Under the pieces are notes generated by a model. The model did no database searches. It had not been told where the DNA came from and was given only the letters and a program-made list of their open reading frames with translations. The translations under genes were made by a program, and so were the position numbers. Below, one piece after another: positions 27,943 to 36,564 of a DNA stretch of 59,694 nt. Source of the DNA: an uncultured Fibrobacteraceae bacterium (GTDB taxonomy: Bacteria > Krumholzibacteriota > Krumholzibacteriia > LZORAL124-64-63). The stretch lies in NCBI GenBank assembly GCA_964646035.1, contig CAZYDJ010000003.1:1-59694 (forward strand), given 5' to 3'. The stretch's first letter is position 1, and the number at the start of each line of letters is the position of its first letter.

Positions 27943-28960
27943 CCAGCCACCCCGTCTCCAGATAGAAGGTCAACGACTCGCGGAACCCCCGTTCCAGATT
28001 CCGCTTCGCGGCGAATCCCAGTTCGCGTCGTATCTTCTGGCCGTTGCAGACCCAGCCCGGGGCCGTGATGTCGGCCATGCGCTCGCGACCGAGCACCGGG
28101 AAACGGTCTCCCGCCACGGCTTGCAGGACACGCGCCAAAGCCAGCACCGGCGCGGCGGGGATCCGCAGTGAACGCACCGGATGCTCCCAGGCCGCGGCCA
28201 GGGCCGCGGCGACGTCGCGGTGGCTGTACCAATGGCCGTCGTCGATGCAGTAGGGTCCCTGCGCCCGCTCGTCGGACATCAGCAGGACCGCCGCCGCGGC
28301 CGCGTCCCTGCCGTCGACCATCGAGATGCCGGCGACCGGTCCCGGCCACGGGGTCCAGCCCCGGCGCGCGTAGCGGAAAAGGGTCAAGAAGGCGTTGTCG
28401 CGGGGGCCGTAGAGAGCCGGTGGGCGCAGGGCAGTGGTGCGGAAGCCCAGGCTGGAGTCGTGCAGCAGCTGTTCCGCCTCGCGCTTGGAACGGCCGTAGC
28501 CCGAGATGGGGTTCAGCGGCGATCTCTCGTCGACCGGGCTGAGCGGAGAGGCCGGTCCGACGGCGGCCAGGCTCGAGATCAGGACGAAGGATTTCATCCC
28601 GCCGCCGCGGCGCGCGGCGGCGAGCAACAGGCGGGTGCTCGTGACGTTGGCCCGGCGGAATGCTTCCTCGTCCGGCGCCTTGATGGCTCCGGCGCAGTGG
28701 ATCAGATGGGAGGCCCCGTCGACGAAGGCGTCGAGACCGGCCGCGACGGCGTCCGTGTCGGAATCGGCGGTCGGGGCGATAGGAGTCTCGATGATCTCGA
28801 TATCCTTGCCCGCGATCCACCGTCTGTCGCTGGTCGGGCGCACGCTGGCCCTTACCCGGAACCCGCGGTCGAGCAGAGTGTCGGCGATGTGGCTGCCCAG
28901 GAATCCGGTGGCGCCGGTCAGCGCTACCAACGGCCGTTCGGTTCTTGTTTCCACGTTCAT
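27932..28960 (-). CDS. NAD(P)-dependent epimerase/dehydratase-fold reductase (extended SDR); candidate ceramide reductase
   Basis: GATGFLGSHI Rossmann motif, YGRSK catalytic pair. ATGA overlap with the upstream GNAT-like gene. Confidence 0.8.
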   Translation of the reverse strand: MNVETRTERPLVALTGATGFLGSHIADTLLDRGFRVRASVRPTSDRRWIAGKDIEIIETPIAPTADSDTDAVAAGLDAFVDGASHLIHCAGAIKAPDEEAFRRANVTSTRLLLAAARRGGGMKSFVLISSLAAVGPASPLSPVDERSPLNPISGYGRSKREAEQLLHDSSLGFRTTALRPPALYGPRDNAFLTLFRYARRGWTPWPGPVAGISMVDGRDAAAAAVLLMSDERAQGPYCIDDGHWYSHRDVAAALAAAWEHPVRSLRIPAAPVLALARVLQAVAGDRFPVLGRERMADITAPGWVCNGQKIRRELGFAAKRNLERGFRESLTFYLETGWLDAT

Positions 28961-30081
28961 TTCAGCGGCAGGTCATAGACCCGGTAGGTCTTGTACTTGT
29001 CGCCGCCCATGCCCGATAGGATTCTGTTCATCGGCTCGTTGTCCTCGAGGCTCCAACTGCATTCCCCGGAAGTGATCCCGCCCTTGAATCCGGCCTTGAA
29101 CGTGTAGAAGACCAGCAGCACGTCCAGGCCGCGATGCCTGGCCTCGGGCAAAACACCGAGCAACAGCGTGCGGGCGTACTTGATCTTCTTGCGGTTGGCC
29201 AGGAATTTCAGGAAACCGAAGGGGAACAGCCTGCCCTTGCAGGGTTTCAGGGCGATGTTGAAGTCGGGCACCGTCATGCAGAATCCCACCGGCTTGCCCT
29301 TGTACTCGGCGATGGGAATGAAGTGCTTGTTGACCATGCGCTTCATCTCCTTGGCCGAGAAGCGGAACTCCTCGGGATCCATCGGAATGAAGCCCCAGTT
29401 GCCGGACCAGGAGTCGTTGTAGATCCGGCGGATCGTCTCGACCTCTTCGTCGAATCGATCCATGTCGATCGGCCGGATCTTGATGTCGCCGTGCCTTTTG
29501 ATGACGTCGATGCTGCGGGTCACCCGGTCGGGTATCTGCATATCGTCGGCCCGGATGCGCCAGGCCCACAGATCCTTGGATTTGACCAGGCCGAAGGCGT
29601 CGAGATGTTTCTCGTAGTAGGCCGGGTTGTAGGCCATCCCGGTGACCGGCGAAGTCCGCTCTCCCGCAATCTGGATTCCCGGACCGTCGTGGTTGGTCGT
29701 GAAGGAGAGGGGGCCGCGCATGGTCTCCATGCCCTGCTCGGCCAGCCAGTCGCGGGCGGTCTGGAGCAGCGCCGCGGAAGCCTCGGGATCGTCGTCGCAT
29801 TCGTAGAAACCGAAGAATCCGGTCAGCTCGCCGTGATGATCGTTGTGGTAGCGGTCGACACAGGCGCCGATCCTGCCTACGACCTCGCCGTCGCTGCGCG
29901 CGAGCCAGAGCCGGGTCACCGCGTGGGCGTGGAAGGGATTCCGGGCCGGGTCCAGGAACTCCCGCTGCTGCGTGAGCAGGGGACGGACGTAATGGGGGTC
30001 GTCGGCATAGATGCGCCCGGGGACGGCCAGGAAACGTTCAAGATCCTTCTTCCCCGCCACGGGGGATACGCTAACCGACAT
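28957..30081 (-). CDS. GNAT-like acyl-CoA N-acyltransferase fold protein (~374 aa); candidate bacterial ceramide synthase
   Basis: The size and two-lobed sequence (...FFGFYECDDDPEA... and ...LLLGVLPEARHRGLDVLL...) are typical of uncharacterised GNAT-like proteins. Lies between the AOS and the reductase, 21 nt after the AOS stop. Confidence 0.55.
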   Translation of the reverse strand: MSVSVSPVAGKKDLERFLAVPGRIYADDPHYVRPLLTQQREFLDPARNPFHAHAVTRLWLARSDGEVVGRIGACVDRYHNDHHGELTGFFGFYECDDDPEASAALLQTARDWLAEQGMETMRGPLSFTTNHDGPGIQIAGERTSPVTGMAYNPAYYEKHLDAFGLVKSKDLWAWRIRADDMQIPDRVTRSIDVIKRHGDIKIRPIDMDRFDEEVETIRRIYNDSWSGNWGFIPMDPEEFRFSAKEMKRMVNKHFIPIAEYKGKPVGFCMTVPDFNIALKPCKGRLFPFGFLKFLANRKKIKYARTLLLGVLPEARHRGLDVLLVFYTFKAGFKGGITSGECSWSLEDNEPMNRILSGMGGDKYKTYRVYDLPLK

Positions 30082-30102
30082 CTTAGCCTTTCCGGATTGA
30101 TC

Positions 30103-31293
30103 CTACGCGGTGCGGGCCACTACTCCGAGGTCCCGGCCGACCTTTTCCATCAGGTCCATCGCGCGGTGTATCTCGTCCTCGGTGTGGGTGGCCATCAGGC
30201 TGAGCCTGATCAGGGCGCCGCCCTTGTCCACCGCGGGCGATACGACCGGATTGACGAAGACGCCTTCGGCCGCCAGCCGGCGGCACATCTCGAAGGCCAT
30301 TGCGTCCTCGCCGATGACGACGGGGATGATGGGCGTGTCGGAGATGCCGGTGTCGAATCCCGCGCCCTGCAGGCGGTCCATCAGGATCCGGGTGTTGCGC
30401 CAGAGATGGTCCAGGCGCCAGGTCTCCTCGAGCATGACGTCGACCGCGGCCGAAACCGAGGCGCAGGAAGCCGGAGGCATGCTGGCGGCGAACATCATGG
30501 CGCGCGCCACATGCTTGATGTAGTGGATGGTGTCGGCGTCGGAGGCGATGAAACCGCCGACTCCCGCCAGCGATTTGCTGAAGGTGCCCATGATCAGGCC
30601 GATGTCGTCGGTTAAGCCGAAGTGGTCGGAGGTTCCCCGGCCCTGCTTGCCCAGGACGCCGATGCCGTGGGCGTCGTCGACCATGACTATCGCGTCGTGC
30701 TTCTTGGCCAGGCGGACTATCTCCGGAACGTTGGCGATGTCGCCGTGCATCGAGAAGACGCCGTCGACGGCTATCAGCTTGCCGTTGTCGGGGCAGGTCG
30801 ACAGGACGTGGTCCAGCGACTCCATGTCGTTGTGCTTGTACTTCTTGACCTCGCCGAAGCAGAGGCGGGCGCCGTCCAGGATTGATGCGTGATCGGTGCG
30901 GTCGACGATGATCACGTCGTTGCGGCCGACCATGGCGGTGATGGTGCCCTGGTTGACCAGGAAGCCGGCGGTGAAGACCAGAGCGGCCTCCTTGCCGACG
31001 AGCCGCGCCAACTTCTCCTCGAGCTCGATGTGGATGTCGAGGGTTCCGTTCAGGAAGCGGGATCCGGTGCAGCCGGAGCCGTATTTGTCGATGGCGGCCT
31101 TGGCGGCTTCCTTGACCTTCGGGTGGTTGGTCAGGCCCAGGTAGTTGTTGCTCCCGAGCATGATCACTTCCTTGCCGTCGATGCGCACGGTGTTTTCCTG
31201 CGCGGACTCGATAACCCGGAAGTAGGGATATATCCCCGCTGCCTGGAGTTCCTTCGCGGCTGTGAACTGAGCAACCTTATCGAGTAAGCCCAT
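30103..31293 (-). CDS. PLP-dependent alpha-oxoamine synthase, serine palmitoyltransferase-like
   Basis: ...YPYFRVIES...MLGSNNYLGL...GSGCTGSRFLNGT...DDAHG...GTFSKSL (PLP Lys)...ASMPPAS resembles bacterial Spt, KBL and BioF. Start at internal ATG 31293 (MGLLDKV...). Confidence 0.85.
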   Translation of the reverse strand: MGLLDKVAQFTAAKELQAAGIYPYFRVIESAQENTVRIDGKEVIMLGSNNYLGLTNHPKVKEAAKAAIDKYGSGCTGSRFLNGTLDIHIELEEKLARLVGKEAALVFTAGFLVNQGTITAMVGRNDVIIVDRTDHASILDGARLCFGEVKKYKHNDMESLDHVLSTCPDNGKLIAVDGVFSMHGDIANVPEIVRLAKKHDAIVMVDDAHGIGVLGKQGRGTSDHFGLTDDIGLIMGTFSKSLAGVGGFIASDADTIHYIKHVARAMMFAASMPPASCASVSAAVDVMLEETWRLDHLWRNTRILMDRLQGAGFDTGISDTPIIPVVIGEDAMAFEMCRRLAAEGVFVNPVVSPAVDKGGALIRLSLMATHTEDEIHRAMDLMEKVGRDLGVVARTA

Positions 31294-31462
31294 GATTCTC
31301 GCTGATCCTGTTTCAGGGGAAGGCAATGGCGCGTACGCTCCACACCCGGTCGTAATCGCAGGTTTGAAGCTGCCAAAAATAGGCGACCCAGCCAACAGTA
31401 CCAATCTTTTTCCATAGCGGCCAGAGAAATGTCCCCGGCAGCTTTAGGGCCGCTGACAGCCA

Positions 31463-33112
31463 TCAGGGCCGATTGCGCAGCAATCCCCGCGCTTCCCAGG
31501 CTATGAACAGCGCCAGGCAGACCAGCCCCGCCGCGATGGCGGCCATCGACAGGTGGCCGTCGACGATAAATCCCCGCACCTGCCAGCACAGGGCCGCAAT
31601 CGACGTTACCAGCATGAACAGGGCGGGTATCAGAGTGTAGAGCCGCGGCTTGCGCATACCGACCAGCCAGCTCGAAACCACGATCAGCGACAAGGCGGCC
31701 ACCAGCTGGTTCGTGGCGCCGAATAACGGCCAGATCCGGGTGTAGTTGCCGCTGGCTCCCAGCCATCCCGCGGCCAGGACCGTCACCACGGTGGCGCCCG
31801 TCCTTCCGCCGAGCCAGGGAATCCCGCCGCCGAGTTCCTGCATGATGAACCGGGCCAGGCGGGTCGAGGTATCCAGGGTAGTCATGACGAAGGCGTTGAT
31901 CATCAGGATCCCGAAGAACAGACCGGCCTGGGCCGTCACCAGCGGGATTTTTTCGACGACGTGCGACAGGCTGGTGGCGAAGGCCATGATCGCTCCGCCG
32001 CCGCCGGTCATCAGGTTCTGCAGACTGCCCGCCGCGGGATCGGTCGACTGGTCCCAGGGCAGGGCCCCGGCGGCCAGCAGCACGACCATCCCGGCCAGGG
32101 CCGCCTCCAGGATCATCGCGCCGTAGCCGATCTTCATCCCGTCGGATTCGCGGGACAACTGCTTGCTGCTGGTGCCGCTGGCCACGAGGGAGTGGAAGCC
32201 CGAGATGGCGCCGCAGGCGATCAGCACGAAGAGCATCGGGAACATCGGTCCCTGGCCCTGGCCGACGAACCCGATCGTCGCCGGGGCGTCCAGGTGGGGA
32301 TGGGAGACGATCAGGCCGATGAATCCTCCGGCGAGGCCCACGTAGAGGATCCAGGTGCTGATGTAGTCGCGCGGTTGCAGCAACAGCCAGACCGGCAGCA
32401 CCGAAGCCGCCACGCAATAGACCATCAGGATCCAGAACCACAGGGTGATCGCGGGAATACCGGCTACGGCATCCGGCAGTTGGAGGGGGAATGCGCCGCC
32501 GAGGCGGATCAGCAGGGCCAGGATCACCAGAGCGGCCAGGGTCGACGGCATCAGGGGCAGGCGGCCGCGCAGCACGAACCGGCCGAAGAAGGCCGCCAGC
32601 AGGATCAACCCGAAGGTCGGCAGCACGATCTCGGGTTGGCTGATGAAGGTGCGGGAGGTCAGCACGCCGAATACGGCGATGACCAGCACCAATGCGCACC
32701 ACATGAATATCGACATCACGGTGCGGGCGCGGCGGCCGAGCGTCTTCTCGGCGATCTCGCCTACCGAGTGGCCCCGGTTGCGGACCGAAGCCATCAGCGA
32801 CGTGTAGTCGTGGACGGCGCCGATGAATACCGAGCCGAGGGCGATCCAGAGCAGCGAAGCGAGCCAGCCGAAGGTCGCCACGCCGATCAGGGGGCCCACG
32901 ATGGGGCCGGCTCCGGCTATCGAGGAGAAGTGATGTCCGAAAAGCACGGGCGAGCGGGTGGGCTGGAAATCCATTCCGTCCTGCTGCGCCACGCTCGGTG
33001 TCGGGCGGGAGTCGTCGGGTCCGATGAGCCGCCGGGAAATCCGGCGGCCGTAGAAGCGATAGCCCAGCGCCAGCCAGGCGAAGAAGACTGCTCCGATGAC
33101 CAGGGAATTCAT
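31463..33112 (-). CDS. cstA: Carbon starvation protein A family transporter
   Basis: ...PVLFGHHFSSIAGAGPIVGPLIG...GAVHDYTSLMASVRNRGHS.GEIA... is the CstA signature. Internal ATG 33112 (MNSLVIG...). Confidence 0.9.
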   Translation of the reverse strand: MNSLVIGAVFFAWLALGYRFYGRRISRRLIGPDDSRPTPSVAQQDGMDFQPTRSPVLFGHHFSSIAGAGPIVGPLIGVATFGWLASLLWIALGSVFIGAVHDYTSLMASVRNRGHSVGEIAEKTLGRRARTVMSIFMWCALVLVIAVFGVLTSRTFISQPEIVLPTFGLILLAAFFGRFVLRGRLPLMPSTLAALVILALLIRLGGAFPLQLPDAVAGIPAITLWFWILMVYCVAASVLPVWLLLQPRDYISTWILYVGLAGGFIGLIVSHPHLDAPATIGFVGQGQGPMFPMLFVLIACGAISGFHSLVASGTSSKQLSRESDGMKIGYGAMILEAALAGMVVLLAAGALPWDQSTDPAAGSLQNLMTGGGGAIMAFATSLSHVVEKIPLVTAQAGLFFGILMINAFVMTTLDTSTRLARFIMQELGGGIPWLGGRTGATVVTVLAAGWLGASGNYTRIWPLFGATNQLVAALSLIVVSSWLVGMRKPRLYTLIPALFMLVTSIAALCWQVRGFIVDGHLSMAAIAAGLVCLALFIAWEARGLLRNRP

Positions 33113-33143
33113 GCGTATCCTTTCGGCCGCTGCGGGACGGTCC

Positions 33144-33743
33144 CTAGACGGCGGCATCCTCTGCCATGATCTCCGCGGTGAAGATCTGGAATTCGGTTCC
33201 CTCCTCCCGCCAGTCGTTCGCGGACAATCCGGCCTTGAGGGCGAGATGGTCGAGGGTCGTGGGCAGATCCCAGCCCTGTTCGGGGGCGACCTGGGGGAGG
33301 AATACGGCGCGGGCTCCACCTCTGGCGAGCAGGATCCCGTGTCTGCCGATCTCTATGTCCCGGGGACCGGCGACCGAACGCAGCGGGGAGAGCACCGATA
33401 TCTCGATGCGCAGTCCGTCGAGTTCGTCCGCGGTCAGAGGGGCGAAACGGGGATCGCGAAAAGCCGCTGCCAGGGCGTTCTCACGCACGACTTCGATCAA
33501 TGGTGCGATCCCGACGATGGTGCCGATACAGCCGCGCAGGCGGCCGCCGAGGGTCAGTGTCACGAACGCGCCGCGATCCTGCAGCAGGGCCGCGGTGGGC
33601 TCGAATCCGATTCCGGCGGCGTAGGCCTCCGGATCCGGGGGCGGTTCGTCGGCGACGGCGGCGCAGATGGTCTCCCGCGCCAGTTCGAGCAGGAAACGTG
33701 ATTCGGGCGGTGTCAATCCGGGAGCGTCGCCTCGGTCAGTCAT
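33144..33743 (-). CDS. AMMECR1-domain protein (AmmeMemoRadiSam system protein A-like)
   Basis: ...GAFVTLTLGGRLRGCIGT...LSPL...AVFLPQV... are AMMECR1 motifs. Overlaps the upstream MEMO-like gene by 8 nt. Confidence 0.85.
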   Translation of the reverse strand: MTDRGDAPGLTPPESRFLLELARETICAAVADEPPPDPEAYAAGIGFEPTAALLQDRGAFVTLTLGGRLRGCIGTIVGIAPLIEVVRENALAAAFRDPRFAPLTADELDGLRIEISVLSPLRSVAGPRDIEIGRHGILLARGGARAVFLPQVAPEQGWDLPTTLDHLALKAGLSANDWREEGTEFQIFTAEIMAEDAAV

Positions 33744-34632
33744 GATCGTTCTCCTGGCCGCGGCGGAGCGATGTCGCCAGAATCAGGGCGGCGTAGCTCA
33801 CGGAAAGCGAGTAGTCGCCGTCGCGGTCACCGCTGCGGGCGTAGGCCACCCTGCGGGCGCCGCCGCCGGACAAGGGAGCACTCAGCAGGAGCGCGGCCGC
33901 CTCCATCCCGCACATGGTGATGCCGGTCCGGCGGCCGTAGTCGAGCAGGCCGTCGGCGTCCCCGGCGAGCAGCAGTTCGATCGCTCCTGCGTCCAGGTCG
34001 GCCAGGCGTTCGGGCACCCGGTCGGTGAAGGGGACGTAGCCGTATGACTCGCCGTAGTGGGTGAAGTCGCTGGAAACGATGAACAGGCTGCGGCCGTCGC
34101 ACCAGGGAGCCAGCGCGGCGGCGGCCCCGCGGCGCCGGTCCGCGTCCAGATGAGGCACGAGCAGGGGGACCACCTTCAGGCCTTCGCCGAGGACGATCTG
34201 CAGGAACGGCAGTTGGATTTCCACTGAATGCTCCACGGCGTCGGCTTCGGCGTCCGGGAGGAAGAACGGGTCGTCGGCAAGGGCGTCGGCCGTTTCGCGA
34301 TCCACCGGCACGTCGCCCAGAGGCGTCCGGTAGGCGGCGAAAGGCGAGGGGGAGACCATCGTCAGCCAGGCCCGGTGGCTCGGCGCGAGGATGAAGACGC
34401 GATCGTAGCTCAGGCCTCGCAGCAGCCCGTAGCCGGCTCCTGCGACCGGGCCGCTGTAGGCGTAGCCGGCGTGGGGTACCACCATCGCCGTCGGCCGTTC
34501 GTCCGGGTCGGGGGCGGCGGCGGCCGCCAGGTGGGCCGTCACAGCCGCGGCCAGCGAATCCGGGGACGCGGGATACCAACTCCCGGCCAGGATCGCAGGG
34601 CGGACAGCGGGAATTTCACTTCGACCGGACAT
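33736..34632 (-). CDS. MEMO1-family protein (AmmeMemoRadiSam system protein B-like)
   Basis: ...AGSWYPA...VVPHAGYAYSG...ILAPSH...EHSVEIQLPFLQ...SSDFTHYG... ATG 34632 lies 5 nt after GAGGAGG. Confidence 0.85.
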   Translation of the reverse strand: MSGRSEIPAVRPAILAGSWYPASPDSLAAAVTAHLAAAAAPDPDERPTAMVVPHAGYAYSGPVAGAGYGLLRGLSYDRVFILAPSHRAWLTMVSPSPFAAYRTPLGDVPVDRETADALADDPFFLPDAEADAVEHSVEIQLPFLQIVLGEGLKVVPLLVPHLDADRRRGAAAALAPWCDGRSLFIVSSDFTHYGESYGYVPFTDRVPERLADLDAGAIELLLAGDADGLLDYGRRTGITMCGMEAAALLLSAPLSGGGARRVAYARSGDRDGDYSLSVSYAALILATSLRRGQENDHD

Positions 34633-34751
34633 GATCGCCTCCTCGCGGATCACCCGCGGCGCTCGTCCAAAATCGAACGTGAAGCCGCTGGATGCAACCA
34701 GATGTATGAATTAACATTATCTGCGATATCACTTCATGAGTCACCTCAGGC

Positions 34752-34779
34752 TTGCAATCGGCCGAGGTGGGTATATTCT
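34752..34779 (+). promoter_or_regulatory. Possible promoter for the STAS gene
   Basis: TTGCAA, 16 nt, TATTCT. The TATATTCT octamer is shared with the 26.5 kb promoter. AT-rich surroundings. Confidence 0.3.
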
Positions 34780-34840
34780 GGTCTATAAGAGGAAAGCCTC
34801 GGTCAGCAGCCAGCCAAATTCCATTGAGGAGGAACCGGCT

Positions 34841-35185
34841 TTGAAGATCAGCGAGAAAGCCCAAGACGATGTCATGGTCCTGAACCTTTCGGGCAAGATC
34901 ATGGGAGGCGACGATCACGATACCTTCCATTCTGAAATCAAGACCTTGATCAGCGAAGGTTACGTCGATGTCGTGCTGAACATGAACAAGGTCAACTGGA
35001 TCAACTCCACGGGTCTGGGCGTCCTCGTCTCCGGTTACCACACTCTGAAGAAGAACGGCGGGCAGATGAAGATCTGCACCGTCAGTGACCGGATCGACAA
35101 CATCCTTAACGTCACCCAGCTGAAATTGGTCTTCGAGACATACGACAACGAGGCCGAAGCCATCGCGTCCTTCGCGCAGCCCTGA
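34841..35185 (+). CDS. STAS-domain anti-sigma-factor antagonist (SpoIIAA/RsbV-like)
   Basis: TTG start 8 nt after GAGGAGG. ...VMVLNLSGKI...VVLNMNKVNWINSTGLGVLVSGY..., with the phosphorylatable Ser in the NSTGLG context. Confidence 0.85.
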   Translation: MKISEKAQDDVMVLNLSGKIMGGDDHDTFHSEIKTLISEGYVDVVLNMNKVNWINSTGLGVLVSGYHTLKKNGGQMKICTVSDRIDNILNVTQLKLVFETYDNEAEAIASFAQP

Positions 35186-35202
35186 TCCGAACTGGAGGGG
35201 AT

Positions 35203-35664
35203 ATGACCGGCCAGAGCGTCAGCGGAATCAAGACGCCCGTCGTCGCCGTGGACGGCGTGGTGCTCTGCCGCAACGACGCCGACCCCGGTCGCTCCCATTG
35301 GAAAGTACTGCTGGTTCGCCGTGCCAATCCCCCGTTCCAGGGGGATTGGGCTTTTCCGGGGGGTTTCGTGGATGTCGGGGAGGGCTTGGCCGCCGCCGTG
35401 GGGCGGGAGGTCGAGGAGGAGACCGGTCTGCGCAACCTGCCTTTCCGCCAGTTCCGCAGCTACGGCAACCCCCACCGGGATCCCCGGGGGCACACCGTTT
35501 CGGTCGTGCATGTGGCCGAGTTGTCCGGCTGTCCGCCGGATGTCGTGGGCGGGGATGACGCCGCCGAGGCCCGCTGGTTCGCACTCGACGGGCTGCCGGA
35601 TCTGGCCTTCGACCACCACGAGATCCTCGACGAGATCATGATCTATCGCCGCGAAACCATCTGA
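35203..35664 (+). CDS. NUDIX hydrolase
   Basis: Nudix box GGFVDVGEGLAAAVGREVEEETGL. Confidence 0.9.
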   Translation: MTGQSVSGIKTPVVAVDGVVLCRNDADPGRSHWKVLLVRRANPPFQGDWAFPGGFVDVGEGLAAAVGREVEEETGLRNLPFRQFRSYGNPHRDPRGHTVSVVHVAELSGCPPDVVGGDDAAEARWFALDGLPDLAFDHHEILDEIMIYRRETI

Positions 35665-35665
35665 T

Positions 35666-36451
35666 TCATCCCCATCTGCGCCGCCAAGCCCTTTTCATCA
35701 GCTTCCAATCCCTTAGCGTGGCCGACCAGGCCGACGTCGCCGCCCAGACGAAACCGGGCCAGCCGTCGCGGATTCCGGTCCGGGCGAAGTATTGCCGCCA
35801 GAACGCCGAGGCGCCGGTAAAGAGCATATGCAGGGGGTTGAAGCTGCGGTCGCCGGCGCGGACGTCGAGAGTGGTGTAGAGGTCCACCTTCTTGAGATAG
35901 AGCCGCCAGCTGGTCATGGTGTCGTGGTACAGGGGTTGTTCGAGACGGCCGAGAGTGCAGCCGGGGTCCATCTCGATTCCTTCGTGGACCAGGGAACGGG
36001 TGACCTTGCCGCGGGCGCTGCGGAAAAGGCGCAGGGCGTATTGTCCGCTGAGGTTGCGCCCCTTCATCACCCTGCCCAGCACCCGGTTGACCCGATGCAG
36101 CTCCCAGGAGTCCCTTTCCTCGAAGGCGCCCCCGTCCCGCAGTTGGACGATCTCTGCGCGCAGTTCGGGCGAGACGGTCTCGTCGGCGCTCATCCACAGG
36201 GCCCATTCGGTGTCGACGCGGTCGAGAGCCTGCTGCTGCGCCGAGCCGAAATCGCGGAACTCGATCTCATCCCAGCGGAAATCCTCGAACCGGCCGGTGG
36301 CGGCGGTCTCCTTGAGGAAATCGATCGTACCGTCGACGCTGCCGGTGTCCAGGACCGCAACCTGATCCACTACGCCGACCAGGCTTTCGATGCATGCCGG
36401 CAATAGGAGTTCCTCATTGCGGACGATCATGAAAGCCGTTATTTTCCCCAT
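35666..36451 (-). CDS. Family 2 glycosyltransferase
   Basis: MGKITAFMIVRNEELLLPACIESL...VAVLDTGSVDGT... ATG 36451 follows GGAGCGG. Confidence 0.8.
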   Translation of the reverse strand: MGKITAFMIVRNEELLLPACIESLVGVVDQVAVLDTGSVDGTIDFLKETAATGRFEDFRWDEIEFRDFGSAQQQALDRVDTEWALWMSADETVSPELRAEIVQLRDGGAFEERDSWELHRVNRVLGRVMKGRNLSGQYALRLFRSARGKVTRSLVHEGIEMDPGCTLGRLEQPLYHDTMTSWRLYLKKVDLYTTLDVRAGDRSFNPLHMLFTGASAFWRQYFARTGIRDGWPGFVWAATSAWSATLRDWKLMKRAWRRRWG

Positions 36452-36564
36452 GGTTTCCGCTCCAGCGTTCGCATCGTTCCCGTCTTCCGCGGACCGGGCG
36501 CAAACTAACACAGAGCCGCCCGCTTGCCCATTTCTCTTTGATATAACCCAACGGAGGTGCGCCC

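Noticed and set aside
31164-32702. 512-aa minus-strand ORF overlapping cstA and the alpha-oxoamine synthase
   Set aside because: It is an alternative frame of two genes with strong family signatures. It is Arg/Pro-rich with no motifs.
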